From Escherichia coli (GTDB lineage Bacteria > Pseudomonadota > Gammaproteobacteria > Enterobacterales > Enterobacteriaceae), in assembly GCF_003018235.1 (NCBI RefSeq), contig NZ_CP027437.1: DNA of 64,000 nucleotides, one strand, 5' to 3'. The notes under the pieces are model-generated. The model did no database searches, had not been told where the DNA came from, and was given only the letters and a program-made list of their open reading frames with translations. Position numbers and translations under genes: made by a program. Shown piece after piece: positions 10,975 through 22,567 of the stretch (positions are counted from its first letter, which is position 1; every line of letters begins with the position of its first letter).

Positions 10975-12507
10975 ATGACGCAGAAAATTGAACAATCTCA
11001 ACGACAAGAACGGGTAGCGGCCTGGAATCGTCGCGCTGAATGCGATCTTGCCGCTTTCCAGAACTCGCCAAAGCAAACCTACCAGGCTGAAAAAGCGCGC
11101 GATCGCAAACTGTGCGCCAACCTGGAAGAAGCGATTCGTCGCTCTGGTTTACAGGACGGCATGACGGTTTCCTTCCATCACGCTTTCCGTGGCGGTGACC
11201 TGACCGTCAATATGGTGATGGACGTCATCGCGAAGATGGGCTTTAAAAACCTGACTCTGGCCTCCAGCTCCCTGAGTGATTGCCATGCGCCGCTGGTAGA
11301 ACACATTCGCCAGGGCGTGGTTACCCGCATTTATACCTCTGGCCTGCGCGGTCCACTGGCGGAAGAAATCTCCCGTGGTCTGCTGGCGGAACCGGTGCAA
11401 ATCCACTCTCACGGCGGACGTGTGCATCTGGTACAGAGCGGCGAACTGAATATCGACGTGGCTTTCCTCGGCGTCCCGTCCTGTGATGAATTCGGCAATG
11501 CCAACGGCTACACCGGTAAAGCCTGCTGCGGCTCCCTCGGCTATGCAATGGTTGATGCCGACAACGCGAAACAGGTTGTGATGCTCACTGAAGAACTGCT
11601 GCCTTATCCGCATAATCCGGCAAGCATTGAGCAAGATCAGGTTGATCTGATCGTCAAAGTTGATCGCGTTGGCGATGCCGCGAAAATCGGCGCTGGCGCG
11701 ACCCGTATGACCACTAACCCGCGCGAACTGCTTATTGCCCGTAGCGCTGCGGATGTGATTGTCAACTCTGGCTACTTCAAAGAAGGTTTCTCCATGCAGA
11801 CCGGCACCGGCGGCGCATCGCTGGCGGTAACCCGTTTCCTGGAAGACAAAATGCGTAGCCGCGATATTCGCGCCGACTTCGCCCTTGGCGGTATTACCGC
11901 AACGATGGTTGATCTGCACGAAAAAGGGCTGATCCGCAAACTGCTGGATGTACAGAGCTTTGACAGCCACGCTGCACAATCGCTGGCCCGTAACCCCAAT
12001 CACATCGAAATCAGCGCCAACCAGTACGCTAACTGGGGTTCAAAAGGCGCATCGGTTGATCGTCTCGACGTGGTGGTACTGAGCGCGCTGGAAATTGACA
12101 CCCAGTTCAACGTTAACGTGCTGACCGGCTCTGACGGCGTACTGCGTGGTGCTTCCGGTGGTCACTGCGATACCGCGATTGCCTCTGCGCTTTCCATCAT
12201 CGTCGCGCCGCTGGTACGCGGTCGTATTCCGACTCTGGTGGATAACGTGCTGACCTGCATCACCCCGGGCTCCAGTGTCGATATTCTGGTCACTGACCAC
12301 GGTATCGCAGTTAACCCGGCACGTCCGGAGCTGGCAGAACGTCTGCAGGAAGCGGGGATCAAAGTGGTTTCTATTGAGTGGCTGCGTGAACGTGCGCGTC
12401 TGCTGACCGGTGAACCACAGCCGATTGAATTCACCGACCGCGTCGTTGCCGTTGTGCGTTACCGCGATGGCTCGGTGATCGATGTTGTGCATCAGGTGAA
12501 GGAATAA
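10975..12507 (+). CDS. citF: Citrate lyase alpha subunit (citrate CoA-transferase) CitF
   Basis: 510-aa ORF, full-length CitF match. Confidence 0.95.
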   Translation: MTQKIEQSQRQERVAAWNRRAECDLAAFQNSPKQTYQAEKARDRKLCANLEEAIRRSGLQDGMTVSFHHAFRGGDLTVNMVMDVIAKMGFKNLTLASSSLSDCHAPLVEHIRQGVVTRIYTSGLRGPLAEEISRGLLAEPVQIHSHGGRVHLVQSGELNIDVAFLGVPSCDEFGNANGYTGKACCGSLGYAMVDADNAKQVVMLTEELLPYPHNPASIEQDQVDLIVKVDRVGDAAKIGAGATRMTTNPRELLIARSAADVIVNSGYFKEGFSMQTGTGGASLAVTRFLEDKMRSRDIRADFALGGITATMVDLHEKGLIRKLLDVQSFDSHAAQSLARNPNHIEISANQYANWGSKGASVDRLDVVVLSALEIDTQFNVNVLTGSDGVLRGASGGHCDTAIASALSIIVAPLVRGRIPTLVDNVLTCITPGSSVDILVTDHGIAVNPARPELAERLQEAGIKVVSIEWLRERARLLTGEPQPIEFTDRVVAVVRYRDGSVIDVVHQVKE

Positions 12508-12510
12508 GCC

Positions 12511-13915
<1,405 letters not shown>

Positions 13916-13965
13916 TTATTTAAGCACTTGATAAATTTGGAAATATTAATTTTCGGAGAACCCGT

Positions 13966-15429
13966 ATGTCTTTAGCAAAAGATAATATATGGAAACTATT
14001 GGCCCCACTGGTGGTGATGGGCGTCATGTTTCTTATCCCTGTCCCCGACGGTATGCCACCGCAGGCATGGCATTACTTCGCTGTGTTTGTGGCAATGATT
14101 GTCGGCATGATCCTCGAGCCAATTCCGGCAACAGCGATCAGTTTTATTGCGGTTACTATTTGCGTTATTGGCAGTAATTACCTGCTCTTTGATGCCAAAG
14201 AATTAGCTGACCCAGCGTTTAATGCGCAAAAACAGGCGCTGAAATGGGGTCTGGCTGGTTTTTCCAGCACCACGGTATGGCTGGTATTTGGCGCATTTAT
14301 TTTTGCATTAGGGTATGAAGTTTCCGGGTTAGGCCGTCGTATTGCCCTTTTCCTGGTGAAATTCATGGGCAAACGCACGCTGACGTTGGGTTATGCGATT
14401 GTCATTATCGACATTCTGCTGGCACCGTTTACACCGTCCAACACCGCGCGTACCGGGGGTACGGTTTTTCCGGTCATTAAAAACCTGCCGCCGCTGTTTA
14501 AATCATTCCCGAACGATCCGTCCGCGCGTCGTATTGGCGGCTATTTGATGTGGATGATGGTCATTAGTACCAGTCTGAGTTCGTCCATGTTTGTCACCGG
14601 TGCGGCACCAAACGTGCTGGGTCTGGAGTTCGTCAGCAAAATTGCCGGTATCCAGATTAGCTGGTTGCAGTGGTTCCTCTGCTTCCTGCCGGTTGGGGTT
14701 ATCTTGCTTATCATTGCGCCGTGGCTTTCCTACGTGCTGTACAAACCGGAAATCACACACAGTGAAGAAGTGGCAACCTGGGCGGGTGATGAACTAAAAA
14801 CCATGGGTGCGCTGACACGCAGAGAGTGGACGCTGATTGGCCTTGTATTGCTCAGCTTAGGTTTGTGGGTATTTGGCAGTGAAGTCATTAATGCTACTGC
14901 GGTAGGTCTGCTGGCAGTTTCGCTAATGCTGGCCCTGCACGTTGTGCCGTGGAAAGACATTACCCGCTATAACAGCGCGTGGAACACACTGGTCAACCTG
15001 GCAACTCTGGTTGTGATGGCTAATGGCCTGACTCGTTCTGGTTTTATTGACTGGTTCGCCGGTACCATGAGTACGCACCTGGAAGGATTCTCACCAAACG
15101 CAACGGTGATTGTACTGGTTCTGGTGTTCTACTTTGCACACTACCTGTTTGCCAGCCTGTCTGCGCACACCGCAACCATGCTGCCGGTTATTCTGGCCGT
15201 CGGTAAAGGTATTCCGGGCGTACCAATGGAACAACTGTGTATTCTGCTGGTGCTGTCTATCGGTATCATGGGCTGTCTGACGCCGTATGCAACCGGTCCT
15301 GGGGTGATTATTTACGGCTGTGGCTATGTGAAATCAAAAGATTACTGGCGACTTGGTGCAATCTTCGGGGTGATTTACATCTCTATGCTGCTGTTGGTTG
15401 GCTGGCCGATTCTCGCCATGTGGAACTAA
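13966..15429 (+). CDS. citT: Citrate:succinate antiporter CitT
   Basis: 487-aa membrane transporter ORF (DASS family), matches CitT. Confidence 0.93.
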   Translation: MSLAKDNIWKLLAPLVVMGVMFLIPVPDGMPPQAWHYFAVFVAMIVGMILEPIPATAISFIAVTICVIGSNYLLFDAKELADPAFNAQKQALKWGLAGFSSTTVWLVFGAFIFALGYEVSGLGRRIALFLVKFMGKRTLTLGYAIVIIDILLAPFTPSNTARTGGTVFPVIKNLPPLFKSFPNDPSARRIGGYLMWMMVISTSLSSSMFVTGAAPNVLGLEFVSKIAGIQISWLQWFLCFLPVGVILLIIAPWLSYVLYKPEITHSEEVATWAGDELKTMGALTRREWTLIGLVLLSLGLWVFGSEVINATAVGLLAVSLMLALHVVPWKDITRYNSAWNTLVNLATLVVMANGLTRSGFIDWFAGTMSTHLEGFSPNATVIVLVLVFYFAHYLFASLSAHTATMLPVILAVGKGIPGVPMEQLCILLVLSIGIMGCLTPYATGPGVIIYGCGYVKSKDYWRLGAIFGVIYISMLLLVGWPILAMWN

Positions 15430-15460
15430 TACGTTCGCCAAACGCTGAATAAATCATCAC

Positions 15461-15495
15461 GCCCGCCAGGTAAGCCCACCTGGCGGGCTTTTTTA
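15461..15495 (+). terminator. Rho-independent terminator after citT
   Basis: gcccgccaggtaagcccacctggcgggc followed by ttttttat. Confidence 0.65.
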
Positions 15496-15542
15496 TGATT
15501 TAATAGATAGTATTCAGTATATGTATGAGTTCCACACCCATT

Positions 15543-16349
15543 ATGAAAGCATTCTGGCGTAACGCCGCGTTGCTCGCGGTTTCTCTGCTTCCCTTCTCTT
15601 CTGCCAACGCCGTGGCGTTGCAGGCAAAACAGTATGGCGATTTTGATCGCTATGTCCTGGCCCTCTCCTGGCAAACCGGATTTTGCCAGAGTCAACACGA
15701 TCGAAATCGTAACGAACGAGATGAATGTCGCCTGCAAACCGAAACGACCAACAAAGCTGATTTTCTGACCGTACATGGTCTGTGGCCAGGATTGCCTAAA
15801 TCGGTTGCTGCCCGTGGTGTTGATGAACGCCGCTGGATGCGCTTCGGTTGCGCTACCCGCCCAATCCCGAATCTACCAGAAGCGCGCGCCAGCCGAATGT
15901 GTTCATCGCCGGAAACTGGGTTATCGCTGGAAACGGCAGCTAAACTAAGTGAAGTCATGCCAGGAGCTGGCGGACGTTCCTGCCTGGAACGCTACGAATA
16001 TGCCAAACACGGTGCCTGCTTTGGTTTTGATCCAGACGCATACTTCGGCACGATGGTACGCCTGAATCAAGAAATTAAAGAGAGCGAAGCCGGAAAATTC
16101 CTTGCGGATAATTACGGTAAAACAGTGAGCCGCCGTGACTTTGACGCCGCCTTTGCCAAAAGCTGGGGAAAAGAGAACGTGAAAGCAGTTAAGCTAACGT
16201 GCCAGGGTAACCCTGCGTATTTGACTGAAATTCAGATCTCGATCAAAGCTGACGCCATCAACGCTCCGCTTTCTGCCAACTCATTCTTGCCACAACCACA
16301 CCCAGGCAACTGTGGCAAAACCTTTGTGATTGATAAAGCAGGTTATTAA
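15543..16349 (+). CDS. rna: Ribonuclease I (periplasmic RNase T2 family)
   Basis: Trimmed to MKAFWRNAALLAVSLLP... (268 aa) with signal peptide and RNase T2 motif. Confidence 0.93.
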   Translation: MKAFWRNAALLAVSLLPFSSANAVALQAKQYGDFDRYVLALSWQTGFCQSQHDRNRNERDECRLQTETTNKADFLTVHGLWPGLPKSVAARGVDERRWMRFGCATRPIPNLPEARASRMCSSPETGLSLETAAKLSEVMPGAGGRSCLERYEYAKHGACFGFDPDAYFGTMVRLNQEIKESEAGKFLADNYGKTVSRRDFDAAFAKSWGKENVKAVKLTCQGNPAYLTEIQISIKADAINAPLSANSFLPQPHPGNCGKTFVIDKAGY

Positions 16350-16496
16350 TCCTCTGATTTACAAAACACGCTAATTCGTCTTCCATAAACCATGACGATT
16401 AAGATTTATACATAATGCGCTACATTGAGGAATTCCCTGAATGTGACGCAAATCACTTCAAAGAGTGAGCAACAGTCAGTATCATCATGTGAGTTA

Positions 16497-16530
16497 AACC
16501 CTCGCCGCCTGACGGTGAGGGTTTTCTTTT
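16497..16530 (+). terminator. Probable terminator downstream of rna
   Basis: aaccctcgccgcctgacggtgagggtt hairpin followed by ttctttt. Confidence 0.45.
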
Positions 16531-16578
16531 GGGTATGTTTATCTGCGACACTCGCAGTACCGACGACATGGAGTAAAA

Positions 16579-16989
16579 ATGTCCAGACCAACTATCATCA
16601 TTAACGACCTGGATGCCGAACGCATCGATATTCTGCTGGAGCAACCCGCCTATGCTGGTTTGCCAATCGCCGACGCGTTAAACGCAGAGTTGGATCGCGC
16701 CCAAATGTGTTCGCCAGAAGAGATGCCACACGACGTGGTGACAATGAACAGCCGGGTTAAATTCCGCAATCTTAGCGATGGCGAAGTGCGTGTGCGCACG
16801 CTGGTGTATCCGGCAAAAATGACCGACAGCAATACTCAGCTTTCCGTTATGGCTCCGGTAGGTGCCGCACTGCTGGGGCTGCGCGTTGGCGATTCCATTC
16901 ACTGGGAACTTCCGGGCGGCGTTGCAACCCACCTTGAAGTACTGGAACTCGAATACCAGCCAGAAGCTGCTGGCGACTACCTGCTTTAA
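16579..16989 (+). CDS. rnk: Regulator of nucleoside diphosphate kinase Rnk (GreA/GreB-like)
   Basis: 136-aa [23 protein letters not shown]..., matches Rnk. Confidence 0.92.
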
Positions 16990-17024
16990 TCCCATCTGCA
17001 CAAGCGATAACTCGCTTTGCCCAG

Positions 17025-17049
17025 AGGATGCACTCGCATCCTCTTTCCG
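17025..17049 (+). terminator. Probable terminator after rnk
   Basis: gaggatgcactcgcatcctc hairpin followed by tttcc. Confidence 0.4.
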
Positions 17050-17131
17050 CTCAAATATCAACCAGATTTATCATTTTGCTCTTAAGCGCAGCATTCTAAT
17101 CTGAACTGGTTATTCATCTGCGGAACCTCAT

Positions 17132-17221
17132 ATGAGCGAAGCTCTCGGTATCACTGCATTTTATATATTCATAGCAGCAATTATTGTTGCTGCAGTGCTA
17201 TACCTTGAACAACGCTGGTAG
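17132..17221 (+). CDS. Hypothetical 29-aa single-transmembrane small protein (unverified)
   Basis: ATG..TAG ORF MSEALGITAFYIFIAAIIVAAVLYLEQRW with a 19-residue hydrophobic core flanked by charged residues; weak GGAA Shine-Dalgarno 6 nt upstream. Below the ORF-track size cutoff. Confidence 0.25.
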   Translation: MSEALGITAFYIFIAAIIVAAVLYLEQRW

Positions 17222-17344
17222 CGCCTGGTTTTATTTATTTTCCAGCTCAATAGCAAATTCAGATCAAATCAGCCTCGCAAATCATAGATTCATAACCAAT
17301 AATGTGCTGTTATGTATACATGCAAAAACAAGGAGAGAATGCTT

Positions 17345-17773
17345 ATGTACAAAACAATCATCATGCCAGTGGATGTTTTCGAAATGGAATTGAGCGACAA
17401 AGCGGTTCGCCACGCTGAATTCCTCGCCCAGGATGACGGAGTTATTCATCTACTTCACGTACTACCGGGGTCAGCCAGCCTGAGCCTGCACCGTTTTGCC
17501 GCTGATGTACGTCGTTTTGAAGAGCATCTGCAACATGAAGCAGAAGAACGTTTGCAAACGATGGTCAGCCACTTCACCATCGATCCTTCCCGCATTAAAC
17601 AACATGTCCGTTTTGGTAGCGTGCGGGATGAAGTCAATGAGTTGGCAGAAGAACTGGGGGCTGATGTTGTCGTTATCGGTTCGCGCAACCCATCGATTTC
17701 GACCCATCTGTTAGGTTCTAACGCCTCAAGCGTTATCCGCCACGCCAATCTGCCGGTGCTGGTTGTGCGTTAA
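17345..17773 (+). CDS. uspG: Universal stress protein G
   Basis: Trimmed to [21 protein letters not shown]... (142 aa); strong AAGGAG Shine-Dalgarno upstream. Confidence 0.92.
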   Translation: MYKTIIMPVDVFEMELSDKAVRHAEFLAQDDGVIHLLHVLPGSASLSLHRFAADVRRFEEHLQHEAEERLQTMVSHFTIDPSRIKQHVRFGSVRDEVNELAEELGADVVVIGSRNPSISTHLLGSNASSVIRHANLPVLVVR

Positions 17774-17788
17774 TTGCCAGAATAAATA

Positions 17789-17866
17789 TCCCGCCCTGCC
17801 CGGAGCCATCCCGGCGGGGCTTTTTATTGCCATAAAAAAGCCGCCAGGTTTGACCCCGGCGGCTAA
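17789..17866. terminator. Two back-to-back terminator hairpins between convergent uspG and ahpF
   Basis: cccgcc...ggcggggcttttt (plus-strand sense) and aaaaaagccgcc...ggcggct (minus-strand sense). Confidence 0.55.
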
Positions 17867-17893
17867 GCAATTGCAGGTGAATCTTACTTCTTC

Positions 17894-19459
17894 TTATGCA
17901 GTTTTGGTGCGAATCAGGTAGTCAAAAGCACTCAGAGAGGCTTTGGCACCTTCGCCAGTGGCGATGATGATCTGCTTGTACGGAACCGTCGTACAGTCAC
18001 CCGCTGCGAACACGCCTTTCACGTTGGTTTCGCATTTCGCATCAATGATAATCTCGCCCATGCGGTTACGTTCGACTGCGCCTTCGAGCCAGTTGGTGTT
18101 CGGCAGCAGACCAATCTGCACGAAAATACCGGCCAGTTCGATGTTGTGAATATCGCCGCTGACACGATCTCGATATTCCAGACCTACGACTTTGCTACCG
18201 TCGCCTTTCACTTCCGTGGTTTGCGCATTCAGAATAATGTCGACGTTTTTCAGGCTGCGCAGTTTGTCCTGCAGAACCTGGTCGGCTTTCATTTCTGGCG
18301 CAAATTCCAGCAGCGTTACGTGCTCAACGATACCCGCCAGGTCAATTGCCGCTTCCACGCCGGAGTTACCGCCGCCGATAACCGCTACGCGTTTACCTTT
18401 AAACAGCGGGCCGTCGCAGTGCGGGCAGTAGGTCACGCCTTTGGTGCGATACTGATCTTCGCCCGGAACGTTCATGTTGCGCCATTTTGCACCGGTCGCC
18501 ACGATAATGCTGCGTGCTTTCAGTACCGCGCCAGAAGCTGTTTCAATCTGATGCAGGCCACCTTCAACCGCTGCCGGGATCAGTTTGCTGGCGCTCTGGC
18601 TGTCGATCACATCAACGTCGTATTCATCAACGTGAACTTTCAGCGCACCTGCCAGTTTCTGGCCTTCGGTCTTCGGTACAGAAATGTAGTTTTCGATATC
18701 AACGGTATCGAGGATCTGACCACCAAAACGTTCGCCCATCAAACCAGTACGGATACCTTTACGTGCGGAGTAAATTGCTGCCGCTGCACCCGCCGGGCCG
18801 GAACCGACGATTAATACGTCATAAGCATCACGCTTGTTCAGCTCTTCTGCCGCACGTTTTTCCGCGCCAGTATCAATTTTGGCGACGATTTCAGTCAACG
18901 TCATGCGACCCTGACCAAACTCTTTCCCGTTTACGAACACTGCCGGAACGCCCATCACGTTGCGATCGGTGATTTCGTTCTGGAAGGTGCCGCCGTCAAT
19001 TGCAGTGTGCTTGATGCGCGGGTTCAGTACGCTCATCAGATTCAGCGCCTGCACCACATCCGGGCAGTTGTGGCAAGAGAGCGAGTAATAGGTTTCGAAT
19101 TCAAAATCACCGTCAATATGGCGAATCTGCTCCAGCAGAGACTGCGCTTCTTTCGACGGATGACCACCGGTCCACAACAACGCCAGTACCAGCGAGGTAA
19201 ACTCGTGGCCCAGCGGGGAACCTGCAAAACGTGGCCCCTGGTTGGAACCTGGGTTAGTGATCAGGAAAGACGGCTTACGCACCGGCAAGCTGTTATCTTC
19301 TTTAAAGGTGACTTTGTCTGACAGTTCTGCGATTTCAGCCAACAGTTCCTTGATTTCTGCCGATTTAGCGCTGTCATCCAGCGTGGCAATTAACTCAACA
19401 GGCTTGGTCAATTTCTCAAGGTAAGCCTTGAGTTGAGTTTTCATATTTGTGTCGAGCAT
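17894..19459 (-). CDS. ahpF: Alkyl hydroperoxide reductase subunit F (flavoprotein)
   Basis: Trimmed to [16 protein letters not shown]... (521 aa); CxxC redox centres and FAD/NAD motifs; AGGAG Shine-Dalgarno. Confidence 0.96.
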
Positions 19460-19483
19460 GTTTATCTCCTGGGCTTTAAACAT

Positions 19484-19615
19484 CATCATGCAAGCGGCCT
19501 CTGCGGCTACCTGGATGCAGCTTGCATCATGGTGCGGGGAAGAAAATCGGGTGCCGCAGCACCCGAAGAATTAGGTGAATTTCCGAAGTATTTCGCGCCG
19601 GAGTTGGTAGCGCGA
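19484..19615 (-). promoter_or_regulatory. Structured ahpC-ahpF intergenic region (partial terminator/attenuator)
   Basis: Long imperfect inverted repeat catcatgcaagc...gcttgcatcatg plus a second hairpin cgcgccggagttggtagcgcg between the ahpC stop and ahpF start. Confidence 0.4.
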
Positions 19616-19629
19616 AAGACGAAGGAAAT

Positions 19630-20193
19630 TTAGATTTTACCAACCAGGTCCAGAGACGGAGCCAGAGTTGCTTCACCTTCTTTCCATTTAGCCGGGCAAA
19701 CTTCACCTGGGTGAGAAGCTACGTACTGTGCTGCTTTGATTTTACGCAGCAGGTCAGACGCGTCACGGCCAATGCCTTCAGCGGTAACTTCGATTGCCTG
19801 GATGATACCCTGCGGGTCAACAACGAAGGTCGCACGGTCAGCCAGACCTTCATCTTCACGCATGTTGTCGAAGTTACGGGTCAGGGCGCCAGTCGGGTCG
19901 CCGATCATCGCATATTTGATTTTAGCGATGGTTTCAGAGCTGCTGTGCCATGCTTTGTGGGTGAAGTGAGTATCGGTAGATACTGCGTATACGTCTACGC
20001 CCAGTTTCTGCAGTTCTTCGTAGTGGTCAGCAACGTCACCCAGTTCGGTCGGGCATACGAAAGTAAAGTCAGCCGGGTAGAAGAAGAAGACGCTCCAGCG
20101 GCCTTCGGTATCTTTTTCGGTGATTTCGATGAATTCGCCGTTTTTGAATGCCTGGTTTTTAAAAGGTTTAATTTTGGTGTTAATCAAGGACAT
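19630..20193 (-). CDS. ahpC: Alkyl hydroperoxide reductase subunit C (peroxiredoxin)
   Basis: 187-aa ORF with peroxidatic FTFVCPTE and resolving Cys motifs. Confidence 0.97.
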   Translation of the reverse strand: MSLINTKIKPFKNQAFKNGEFIEITEKDTEGRWSVFFFYPADFTFVCPTELGDVADHYEELQKLGVDVYAVSTDTHFTHKAWHSSSETIAKIKYAMIGDPTGALTRNFDNMREDEGLADRATFVVDPQGIIQAIEVTAEGIGRDASDLLRKIKAAQYVASHPGEVCPAKWKEGEATLAPSLDLVGKI

Positions 20194-20564
20194 CTATACT
20201 TCCTCCGTGTTTTCGATGAGATGTAAGGTAACCAATTTTTGCCGATTCGGCTAATGCGTTTCCATTATCAAATCGATAAGTTTTACCTTACAACCTTCGT
20301 AAGACAACTTTGTGAACTTTGCACCGCCAGCGGCGATAAAAAGTAAAATGGCCCCCTTTCCAGGTGACCGTGTAATCTGAACTACCCTTTGGTATCTTCA
20401 GCGCCTGCCTGCAGGCTGAGGTGTTGCCCTTACAAATGCAACAACGACATGGATTACAACACCCTCATAAACAAAGGGCAATCACCTGATCTAAGCTCTT
20501 ACCTATGACAGTGATAGGTTATGCCTTTTACCCGACTTTTGCACTGACTGAAAAGGACAAATTA
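20194..20564. promoter_or_regulatory. Divergent ahpC/dsbG promoter region (OxyR-regulated by established knowledge)
   Basis: 371-bp intergenic region between divergent ahpC and dsbG; no OxyR site could be pinpointed by eye. Confidence 0.35.
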
Positions 20565-21311
20565 ATGTTAAAAAAGATACTTTTACTGGCTCTGCTTCCT
20601 GCAATCGCCTTCGCAGAGGAACTTCCTGATCCAGTAAAAGCGATTGAAAAACAGGGCATTACAATCATCAAAACGTTCGATGCTCCCGGAGGAATGAAAG
20701 GTTATCTCGGCAAGTATCAGGATATGGGCGTCACCATCTACCTGACTCCAGATGGTAAGCACGCTATCTCCGGTTACATGTACAACGAGAAAGGTGAAAA
20801 CCTGAGTAACACACTTATCGAAAAAGAAATTTACGCACCAGCCGGGCGCGAAATGTGGCAACGGATGGAACAATCCCACTGGCTCCTCGACGGTAAAAAA
20901 GACGCGCCGGTCATTGTCTACGTCTTCGCCGATCCGTTCTGCCCATATTGTAAACAGTTCTGGCAGCAGGCTCGCCCGTGGGTTGATTCTGGCAAAGTGC
21001 AATTAAGAACATTGTTGGTTGGCGTTATCAAGCCAGAAAGCCCGGCGACAGCAGCGGCAATTCTTGCCTCCAAAGATCCCGCAAAAACCTGGCAAGAATA
21101 TGAAGCCTCTGGTGGCAAGCTTAAGCTAAACGTGCCTGCAAACGTAAGTACAGAGCAAATGAAAGTGTTAAGCGACAACGAGAAACTGATGGACGATCTG
21201 GGGGCAAATGTCACACCAGCTATCTACTACATGAGTAAGGAAAATACGCTGCAACAGGCCGTGGGGTTGCCCGATCAGAAAACGCTTAATATCATTATGG
21301 GGAATAAATAA
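20565..21311 (+). CDS. dsbG: Periplasmic disulfide isomerase/chaperone DsbG
   Basis: Trimmed to [17 protein letters not shown]... (248 aa); thioredoxin-fold CPYC active site. Confidence 0.93.
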   Translation: MLKKILLLALLPAIAFAEELPDPVKAIEKQGITIIKTFDAPGGMKGYLGKYQDMGVTIYLTPDGKHAISGYMYNEKGENLSNTLIEKEIYAPAGREMWQRMEQSHWLLDGKKDAPVIVYVFADPFCPYCKQFWQQARPWVDSGKVQLRTLLVGVIKPESPATAAAILASKDPAKTWQEYEASGGKLKLNVPANVSTEQMKVLSDNEKLMDDLGANVTPAIYYMSKENTLQQAVGLPDQKTLNIIMGNK

Positions 21312-21518
21312 AAGATAATTCATGGATGGTTGAAATATATCCCTGTTTTTCAACCATCCTAAAAAAGCATGAATTGCTCGCTCTGCCCTAAGTGGCTGTG
21401 CTATTTTAGAAAAACTTAATTCTGAGTTAAGCAAAAAAATATAATACAAATAAATACAACAGCAACATTATTGAACAAATGAATGATTTATAGAAGAGAT
21501 AATATAACGGAGTATGTT

Positions 21519-22421
21519 ATGGCGAATCTTTATGACCTAAAAAAATTTGATCTGAATTTACTGGTCATATTTGAGTGCATTTATCAACACCTCAGCATTA
21601 GCAAAGCAGCAGAATCATTATATATAACGCCCTCTGCTGTTAGTCAGTCGTTACAACGTTTACGCGCGCAATTTAATGACCCGTTATTCATCCGCTCAGG
21701 GAAAGGTATCGCGCCGACTACGACAGGGTTAAACCTGCATCACCATCTTGAGAAGAATCTCCGAGGCCTTGAACAAACGATCAATATTGTTAATAAGTCT
21801 GAGCTAAAGAAAAATTTTATTATCTACGGTCCTCAGCTTATTTCTTGTACTAATAACAACATGCTAATCTGCTGTCTTAGACAAGATACTTCAATCGATA
21901 TAGAATGCCATGACATACTGCTTTCAGCTGAAAATGCCGAAGAACTGTTGGTTCAACGCAAAACTGACCTGGCAATTACACTACAACCAGTAATTAGCCG
22001 CTCTGTCATCTGCATGCCGTTACATACTATTCGCAATTCTCTTATATGTAGCAATAAACATCCTCGTATTACCGATACCAGTAACTATGAACAAATTATC
22101 GCCGAAGAATTCACCTTGTTGATATCTAAATCAGCAGGGATTGACGAAATTCAAATGGACATAGATGAACGTTTTATGAACCGTAAAGTTTCATTTCGCA
22201 GTTCTTCTTTGTTGACGATAATTAATAGTATTTCTGTTACTGACTTATTGGGCATTGTGCCCACCGAACTGTACGATTTACATCGTGATTTTTTGAAGTT
22301 ACAAGAGATAAAACTGGAACGACCACTTCCTGCGGTTAAACTTTATATTTCCTATAACAAGGCTTCGTTGAACAACCTTGTCTTCTCACGATTCATAGAT
22401 CGTTTAAATGATAGCTTCTGA
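21519..22421 (+). CDS. ybdO: LysR-family transcriptional regulator YbdO
   Basis: Trimmed to MANLYDLKKFDLNLLVIFECIYQH... (300 aa); N-terminal LysR HTH; gene is conspicuously AT-rich. Confidence 0.85.
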   Translation: MANLYDLKKFDLNLLVIFECIYQHLSISKAAESLYITPSAVSQSLQRLRAQFNDPLFIRSGKGIAPTTTGLNLHHHLEKNLRGLEQTINIVNKSELKKNFIIYGPQLISCTNNNMLICCLRQDTSIDIECHDILLSAENAEELLVQRKTDLAITLQPVISRSVICMPLHTIRNSLICSNKHPRITDTSNYEQIIAEEFTLLISKSAGIDEIQMDIDERFMNRKVSFRSSSLLTIINSISVTDLLGIVPTELYDLHRDFLKLQEIKLERPLPAVKLYISYNKASLNNLVFSRFIDRLNDSF

Positions 22422-22567
22422 TTTATTACCACGGATAAATGTTATATTACGCATCAATTGATTCATTGTGTGAATATAAAATAATGTGCTCTATCTTGCT
22501 TCGTTTACCCTATAATTAACGGATTCATCTCACGAGTCACCCCGTAACGTTCAGAGAGCGTTTTCAG

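Noticed and set aside
21324-21359. 12-bp-arm inverted repeat after dsbG as a terminator
   Set aside because: No U-tract follows the hairpin on either strand in the required position; left as an unexplained inverted repeat.
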